The notes beneath the pieces were generated by a model. It had not been told where the DNA came from. It ran no database searches and saw only the letters and a list, made by a program, of their open reading frames with translations. Source: Octopus vulgaris (taxonomy: Eukaryota). From it: a stretch of 64,000 bases of DNA. The stretch is taken from assembly GCA_951406725.2 (NCBI GenBank), contig OX597827.1, forward strand, positions 16,430,001 through 16,494,000, read 5' to 3'. Positions 55,714-64,000 of this stretch are shown piece after piece. Made by a program: the position numbers and the translations under genes. The stretch's first letter is position 1, and each line of letters begins with the position of its first letter.

Positions 55714-55716
<3 letters not shown>
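55288..55716. mobile_element. Palindromic Penelope-like element (arms 55288-55413 / 55443-55570 plus tail)
   Basis: Near-perfect inverted arms; tail homologous to 57541-57685; 3' half of hammerhead GCCTTC-GAAAC-ATAT-GTA. Confidence 0.8.
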
Positions 55717-55755
<39 letters not shown>

Positions 55756-56932
55756 CTAAAAAATTGTGGATTTGTATAAAGGACACACACACAGACATTT
55801 TGCCATATATATATATATATATAATAAGCTTCCTCTTATTTCTTTATGAAATATAATAAAGACGTGGTCAAAATTCAATCTGCACACTCACTTTATAAAG
55901 TGATTTTCTTTTTATAAGTGTGGAAATATACATTATACATGTTGATGCAACGCCTGAAGAATGCAACGTTTAATATTTCTATCTTTTGCCAATTTCAATA
56001 AAAGACATCGCTCAGAAGTCTTAAATGTTTCCCGTTTCATAATTTCATAAGCATGCCTATCTCATGCGGCACCACAAGGACACACACTCACACACACGAC
56101 CTAGAGACTTTAAAAGACTATTTGCAACACGTCACGTCATCAAAAGAAAAACGGTGTGCATATCAGCTTAAGGTCATGCATGGTTATATTCTCAGAAAGT
56201 GCCAAAGGGACAGCAACATTGATAACCAGAATATTCGGAATATTAGCTCTCCCTTTAAAAGACATGTTGTTCCAATACAGGAGCAAGAAATAACAGCAAA
56301 ATATCTGTTGCACGAGAAGGAGAGGGATGCAGGCAGACCATTTCGAAGTGACAGTCATAAGTAGGAGTTATGCACGAAAATATCAAAATAAAAGCTTCTT
56401 ACGAGACACGCATAGTGTGAAAGCCGTAGGTAGAATAATAGCTAGAAGGCATTATATAGTATCACTCATAATAGGAAAAGAATACCTGTAGAATATTCCT
56501 GTGATTTGAAACAGATCAGGTGTAATAATTTGCGGGCAGCGGAACAATTTTGAGAGCAGTAGTGGAAATTATAAAATATAATAATAAATACGCCCTTTTA
56601 AAGCCTAGCCAGGCTCATGGCCCCGGTTTCCCGGTTTCAATAGCATATGTTCCCCAGCGATGAGAGACGTAGGCTCTCATCGCTACGTCAAAATAACCCG
56701 TGGGGTCGGATTGCTTGACCCATGTCAAGCCTCTCTTGAACAGCACAGTCTTCCTGGCATACATGATAATTTCTACATCTCTGTCGTTAATGCTAGTGAA
56801 GCCCCTAGCGAAAGAAAGCCCCTTAATCAGTAGTCTTTTGATATAGACGAGTAAAAATCGACGATATCAAATTGGGTGAATCTTGCCCTGCCTCTACTTT
56901 TGTTGGCGTCGAACCATGTAGTTACCTCGCAC

Positions 56933-57031
<99 letters not shown>

Positions 57032-57087
57032 AAATGACTGAAACAAGTGAAAGAATAAAAGAATATATATATATATATATATATTTA

Positions 57088-57685
57088 TTTAAATACAAAT
57101 AAATGAAAGAATGGAGTTGAACGACGAATTAACAAAATTCCTTTATTTTCGACATATGTTTCGAAGGCTGCATATTCCTAATTTCGAAGGAATAAGGGGT
57201 GCATTATGCCGCCTTCTCATAAGGAAAAACAAGGAACTTATGTCAGCATCAAGATGCACAAAAACTTTTAGATGACTGCCCACACGGAGCCCATAGCGAT
57301 AATGAATGTTTTTAAAGAAACACTCATTATCGCTATGGGCTCCGTGTGGGCAGTCATCTAAAAGTTTTGTGCATCTTGATGCTGACATAAGTTCCTTGTT
57401 TTTCCTGATGAGAAGGCGGCATAATGCACCCCTTATTCCTTCGAAATTAGGAATATGCAGCCTTCGAAACATATGTCGAAAATAAAGGAATTTTGTTAAT
57501 TCGTCGTTCAACTCCATTCTTTCATTTATTTGTATTTAAAAAAACACACAAATTTCCACACGAAAGCACGTGATCTCTGCCCTAGGCATGTAGCTTCAAC
57601 CGTGTTTTTCTGACGTGAATTTGCTACCCAGGTATCGGTTAACCGAATTATCCATAATAAGATAATTCATTCAACTACTCAAATA
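57088..57685. mobile_element. Palindromic Penelope-like element with ~225-bp arms
   Basis: 57088-57311 is the reverse complement of 57318-57540 with about 3 differences. Confidence 0.88.
57389..57493 (+). ncRNA. Type I hammerhead ribozyme motif
   Basis: Stem I AAGTTCCTTGTTTTTC / GAAAATAAAGGAATTT; CTGATGA 57405-57411; stem II GAAGGC/GCCTTC; GAAAC 57466; ATAT; GTC 57475-57477. Confidence 0.82.
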
Positions 57686-57730
57686 TTTATATATATATTT
57701 ATATATACATACACACACGCTAAGACTTAC

Positions 57731-57987
57731 GTATTCACTCTTAATACGTTCCGGCAGATTCAGATGTGAGTATGTTAATCGCTATTGCAGCTCGTCATTC
57801 GAGAGCATCTTCGCATTCCAGACGAATGCATGTTCATAACATACCCGATTTATTTCTTACGCTAATGAATCGAGTGTTTTGTGAATACACAGACGCTTGA
57901 AAGGAGAAATCGTTCTCCAAAGACGAAATACAACAGTGGTTAATATATTCGCATTCGTATCTGCTGGAACGAATTAGGAATGAATAT
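57731..57987. repeat. Old gap-free hairpin, ~120-bp arms
   Basis: Hand alignment: about 68 percent arm identity over 114 nt with no indels and a 7-nt loop. Confidence 0.8.
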
Positions 57988-58142
57988 GTATGCGATCGTT
58001 TTGATTCTCTACGATTCACGGTTAGCACATGACTATGATATATATTTATTTATGTATGTGTGTGTGTGTGTGCACAATATCGGTATGCGGCTAAGCAACC
58101 TTTTGCCTGCCCCTTCTATATATATATATATATATACATATA

Positions 58143-58565
58143 TACTCTTTTACTCTTTTACTCTTTTACTTGTTTCAGTCATTTTGACTGCGGCTATGCT
58201 GGAGCACCGCCTTTAGTCGAGCAAATCGACCCCGGGACTTATTCTTTGTAAGCCCAGTACTTATTCTATCGGTCTCTTTTGCCGAACCGCTAAGTGACGG
58301 GGACGTAAACACACCAGCATCGGTTGTCAAGCAATGCTAGGAGGACAAACACAGACACACAAACACACACACACATACATATATATATATACATATATAC
58401 GACAGGCTTCTTTCAGTTTCCGTCTACCAAATCCACTCACAAGGCTTTGGTCGGCCCGGGGCTATGGTAGAAGACACTTGCCCAAGATGCCACGCAGTGG
58501 GACTGAACCCGGAACCATGTGGTTGGTTAGCAAGCTACTTACTACACAGCCACTCCTGCGCCTAT
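58143..58565 (-). mobile_element. SINE family A
   Basis: Full-length family match. Confidence 0.9.
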
Positions 58566-58571
58566 ACACAC

Positions 58572-59216
58572 ATATTTTTGTTATTTTTCATTTGTCCTGC
58601 CCGCTTACGTTCATGGTGTGCTAAATTTTTTTCTTGGGAACAACTTTTAGTGGCTAGCGTAAGGGAGTTCACTTTTAGTGGATTCCCTCTCATATATGTA
58701 TTAATAATATTTACTGAATCTCAGTTTTTTATGCGCTAAACCATTGGTGTTAAACTGATATTATTAAATTAATATACAATTTTTCACCCTCATTTTGATT
58801 TTAATTCTTAATTAATACTGTTCTCAAACCGGCGTTAACTACTGCAGTGAATTGTTTATGCGGTATTTATTTCCGGAAATTTGGCGCGCTGGACGAGGGC
58901 ATTTGAATAAAACTATGAATGTAATAGACCGTACTGTTCGTATTTTTGGCCTCGTGCTAATATATGGCGTGCAGTTCGACAAATTATGTTCTTGACAGAC
59001 TCTACTGACGATCTGCAAATTAATTGTGTAAGTAAAATTGCATAATTTATTAACAGTGAAACCATTGTATAGGGTTAATCTATATTTTTGTTATCTTTCA
59101 TTTGTCCAGCCCGCTTACGTTCATGGTGTGCTAAAATTTTTACTTGAGAACAACTTTTAGTGGCTAGCGTAAGGGAGTTCACTTTTAGTGGATTTCCTCT
59201 CATATATGTATTAATA
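58572..59216 (+). mobile_element. Penelope pLTR-like partial tandem (direct repeats 58572-58706 / 59082-59216)
   Basis: Direct repeats about 510 bp apart; homologous to 41475-41715. Confidence 0.78.
58999..59075 (+). ncRNA. Type I hammerhead ribozyme motif
   Basis: ACTCTA-CTGACGA-T-CTG...CAG-T-GAAAC-CATT-GTA-TAGGGT; 6-bp stem I with one G-U. Confidence 0.75.
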
Positions 59217-59290
59217 TATATATATATACATATATACATATATATACGCACACACACACACACACACACAAACACACATACACACACACA

Positions 59291-59347
<57 letters not shown>

Positions 59348-59471
59348 TATATGTAGAAAAATACAAACTGGGACAAGAACGTAAAACATTTAGAAGACGA
59401 TACAAAAAACACGGTCAAAAACCGAATCATCCTAGCAATTTCGGCTGACATATATATATATATATATATAT

Positions 59472-59516
<45 letters not shown>

Positions 59517-59517
59517 A

Positions 59518-59553
<36 letters not shown>

Positions 59554-59914
59554 ATTATATAACGCACAAATGTATATCTTTCTAAATTGAAACGAAAAAT
59601 CTCCCCAGATTTCTCGTTTCAGTTGGTTATATTCCTACTTTGAAAGTGAGATAGGTGGGGGGAGAGACAGGCTATCACTTAATCGATCAATAGCAGAAGT
59701 TGTAGAAGTAGTAGTACTAGCAGCGGTAGTAGTAGTAGTAGTAGTCGTTGTTGTTGTTCTTGTAGATGAGAATGTTCTAGTATTAGTATACAAAAAAAAA
59801 AAAATGATTACTCGACGCGGACGCATCCGATCTATAGCATAAACTATGCCGACTCATTCTACGGAAGTAATCGATCACTGACTCGGAAGTACCCGAGAAA
59901 CCACATAAATGCGT

Positions 59915-60130
<216 letters not shown>

Positions 60131-60406
60131 CATACACAAAACAACATTTCATTGCTGTATTCTAGCCATTGTTGTCTCGTTTTAAACTTTTAAACTATGC
60201 TAATTTAATATTTACATAGGACTAAAAAACATGGCTGCCTTCTTTCAAAGACGCTGTGTAACTTGAGAAAGTGAGAGCGATTACTATTTCTTTCTCACTT
60301 CCTCTCTCTATTATCTATCTTTTTATGTATGCATATATGTACTCGTGTATACTTGTGTGTGTGTATATACATATGATATGTATATGTATGTATACATGTG
60401 TGTGTT

Positions 60407-60454
<48 letters not shown>

Positions 60455-60491
60455 CATATGTATACATGTGTGTGTGTGTTTGTGTACATAT

Positions 60492-60592
<101 letters not shown>

Positions 60593-60659
60593 CACATATG
60601 TAAGTATATATATTTTATCTATCTCTCACTATACAAACATGCATACATGCCTGTGTGTG

Positions 60660-60925
60660 TACGAGGTACGGTCAAATTGTATCCGGCTTCAATTACTCCC
60701 GCCAAAACTAATGTCACGTGAGTGCAATCCTTTGAGTAAGAGCTGATGCCATCCTTCATGTACGTTCATGAGTATTTTCGCGCCGGTAGGCCGCGTCAGT
60801 TCCCTGCTGTTACGCCTAGAGTACAGGCGTGTAGTGCACGCTCGTCGGATTTTCGTTTTCACCGAACGCATCGAACAGAGACATTGCACTGTTTTGCCAA
60901 AAGCTTGGTGATAGTCAAACACCTT
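60660..60925 (+). mobile_element. mariner 5' fragment
   Basis: TACGAGGTACGGTCAAATTGTATCCGG TIR-like; ERIEQRHC..FCQKLGDS resembles the mariner N-terminus EQR..IKFC.KLG. Confidence 0.65.
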
Positions 60926-61077
60926 ATATGTGTGTATGTGTTCACGCATATACATATATGTATACTTTGTTACTGTTTTTTATTTGTTAACATGTAATAT
61001 ATACGAATATATACATGCGAATATATGTATGTGTATAATATGTATGTGTATACATAGATATGTGTGTATGTATGCAT

Positions 61078-61223
61078 TGTGTGGTAAGTAGCTTGCTTAC
61101 CAACCACATGGTTCCGGGTTCAGTCCCACTGCGTGGCACCTTGGGCAAGTGTCTTCTACTAGAGCCTCAGGTCGACCAAAGCCTTATGAGTGGATTTGGT
61201 AGACGGAAACTGAAAGAAGCCCG

Positions 61224-61276
<53 letters not shown>

Positions 61277-61491
61277 TATTATTATTATTATTATTGTTAT
61301 AATAATTAGGGAATATCAACTCCAGTGCCACAGGAATGAGATATTAAAATAAAAAATATTAAATTGAATTACTCCAATAATTAATATATATCAAAATAGA
61401 GATAGAAACATCCACAACTTCATCAACTCCAAACGATATTAACTTAACCAACCCATAAAATATTAAATAATATACTTACTATTTATATTCA

Positions 61492-61544
<53 letters not shown>

Positions 61545-61755
61545 TATATCTATATATGCATGTGTCTGTGTTCGTGCCCCCACAATTGCTGACAACCGAT
61601 GCTGGTGTGTTTACGTCCCCGTAACTTAGGGGTTCGGCAAAAGGTGGCTGATAGAATAAGTTCTAGGCTTACAAAGAATAAGTGCTGGTGTCGCCTTGCT
61701 CAACTAAAGGTGGTGCCTCGGCATGGTCGCAGTCTAATGACTGAAACAAATAAAG
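61078..61755 (+). mobile_element. SINE family A halves separated by an insertion at the internal microsatellite
   Basis: 5' half 61078-61225, 3' half 61560-61755; insert 61308-61495 related to 18690-18817. Confidence 0.7.
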
Positions 61756-62409
61756 GAATATATAGATATGTGTGTATGCATGTATGTATATATGGTGGGT
61801 GTATGTGTGTGCAAAAGAGATAGAGAGAGAGAGAGTCAGCAAATCATTGATCGATTATTATTGCCGGAAATCGCGTCTACTGTCTAATTTTAGATATGCA
61901 TTACGGTAATCTTTGCTTTTCGGTCAGTTCTTCGAGACTTCGCACTAATATGTAAACAGACGCTTACTGTTATCTTGTACGATAACAACAGATACTTGTT
62001 TACAAAGTAGATTGTCTCGACCTGGTTTCGAACCTTGTAAAGATTTTATCTTCTGATGCTATGTACTCATCACGTGTGGGGAGAGAAAGAGAGAGAGAGA
62101 GAGAGAGAAGGGGAGAGAGAGAGAAGGGGAGAGAGAGGGAGAGAGAAAGAGCGGTCTGGCGGTCCTATTAAGTAGGTTGAGGAACTGCTTAGAATCTTCT
62201 TACTGGGTCATCAAGAGATTTATTTATTTCAGGTGTATGCGCCCCAACATGCACAGGTGCACACACACACACACCTCACACACGCACACACGCGCAGATA
62301 CAAACACGCACTCTCTCTCTCTCTCTCTCGCGCGCGCACACAGACAAACACGCTCTCGCGCACACGCAAGCAAACAAACAAGTTCTGAGGAGAATATAAA
62401 GTTCTTGAA

Positions 62410-62569
62410 AAGGGGAGCACCACCTTTTGGAGTTTAGTCGATTTTATGGACACCAGTATTTTTTTCTTTCGTTTTAAAACCTGTTACTCATTCTATCAGA
62501 CGCTTTTGTCGAACTGCTAAGTTGCGGTGATCTAAATAAACCAACACACACATTCTATCTATCTATCTC

Positions 62570-62616
<47 letters not shown>

Positions 62617-62663
62617 GTCCGTCTGTCTGTCTGTCTGTCTACCTGGTTGTCTGTCTACCTGGT

Positions 62664-62744
<81 letters not shown>

Positions 62745-62945
62745 GTCTGTCTGTCTACTTGGTTGTCTGTCTCTCTACACGACGGGCTTCATTCAGTTTC
62801 TGCCTACCAAATCCTCTCACAAGACATTAGTCGGCCCGGGATTATTGTAGAAGAAAATTTGTTCAAGGTGCCACGCACTGTGACTGAACCCGGAACCATG
62901 TGGTTAGGAAACAAGCGTCTTACCACATAGCCACATCTGCATTTT
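62410..62945 (-). mobile_element. Diverged SINE family A with (TCTA)/(TCTG)n core
   Basis: Family match on both sides of the microsatellite. Confidence 0.75.
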
Positions 62946-63252
62946 TTGTGGAAAAGAACAAATTCAAAATGCTTCATCATACACTCATGTTCCATCCATA
63001 AATATATTTGCATTAGAATGATAATTTAAGTTAAAAAAAAACAAAATAAAAACAAAACAAAACAAGATAATAATTTAAGTTTAAAAAACACAAAAAAAGC
63101 AAGATAGTGTTATACACCGGTGTATGCGGTATGTAAAACAACATAAATTAAACATGATGGAATTTGAACTTACAACTTATGAATAGATAACAGTCGAATA
63201 ATTTTCGACTGCCAACCAGTGTGTTCCTATGAGAAAGAGTGAGGTACATAGT

Positions 63253-63335
<83 letters not shown>

Positions 63336-63735
63336 ATAGAGAGAGGGAGAGAGAGAGAGGAATGAAAAGGGAAGAAACCACAGTGATATAGTTATAAAAA
63401 AAATAGTCAACAACAACATTTTCCTCCATTGATTAAATTCAGACTTCGCCTTCTCGTTGTAATGGCGACAATTTTCCTAGTCACTATCTTGAAAAACCAA
63501 CACACAGGACATTTTACGTTTCACAAAATACGATGATTAATCAAATTTTCTTTTCTTCATAATCTTTTTTTTTCTTTTATTTTCAAAAGGAAGAAAGAAA
63601 AAAAGGTTTTGAGAAGAAAAGAAACGGAAGAGAATAAAAAATTTATTTTTTTTGTCTTCGAGTTTTTGCTTTTTGGTTAAAAACACGTCTTTTCCTTGTT
63701 ATCGTCGTTGTTGTTCTTGCACTTCTTGCCTTTGT

Positions 63736-63736
63736 T

Positions 63737-63785
<49 letters not shown>

Positions 63786-63829
63786 CGCTACAGCTGCTGC
63801 TGCTACTACTACCGCTACTGCTGCTGCTG

Positions 63830-63860
<31 letters not shown>

Positions 63861-63932
63861 AACTACTACTACTACTACTACTTCTACTACTACTACTACT
63901 GCTACGGTTACTGCTACTGCAGCTGCTGCTGC
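63736..63932. repeat. (CTA)/(CTG)n trinucleotide array
   Basis: Direct inspection. Confidence 0.93.
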
Positions 63933-64000
63933 TTTGGTTTTCATGTTGAAATATTGATGCGAACCCACCTAAATAAACACACACACACACACACACATAT

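Noticed and set aside
56053-56364. 103-aa ORF, possible GIY-YIG relic
   Set aside because: Only faint resemblance; not supportable.
56656-56685. 11-bp hairpin AGCGATGAGAG / CTCTCATCGCT
   Set aside because: Short, lacks CUGA and GAAA, and adjoins a SINE tail fragment.
62005-62060. Minus-strand CAGAAGA...GAAAC-CAG-GTC
   Set aside because: Core mutated and stems weak; could be chance.

Overview
Eukaryotic, AT-rich, extremely microsatellite- and repeat-dense DNA with no recognisable host protein-coding exon, rRNA or genuine tRNA gene; it reads as intergenic or intronic. The SINE families and the (TA)n/(TATG)n/(CA)n landscape look like Octopus (coleoid cephalopod) DNA, an inference from recall and not a database result. 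Nearly all ORFs in the track are microsatellite or SINE artefacts. The real coding remnants are transposon fragments: CR1-type and two RTE-type LINE 3' ends, a decayed R4/Dong RT, a decayed Penelope linker/GIY-YIG region, a Chapaev3-like transposase C-terminus and two mariner pieces. There are also hAT/pogo-type MITEs, a non-autonomous Helitron, a TIR element carrying TTAGGG repeats, about 40 tRNA-derived SINE copies from several modular families and two minisatellite arrays. The most notable signal is a dispersed set of type I hammerhead-ribozyme motifs (CUGANGA...GAAAC...NUH) inside several distinct Penelope-like non-autonomous or palindromic elements. Those at 57.4 kb, 59.0 kb and 41.4 kb have intact cores, and the last two show compensatory base changes. 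Also notable are a covarying 3' hairpin shared by a CR1 LINE and the dominant SINE, and 184-bp SINE multimers with the same junction at four loci. Coordinates of decayed elements are approximate.
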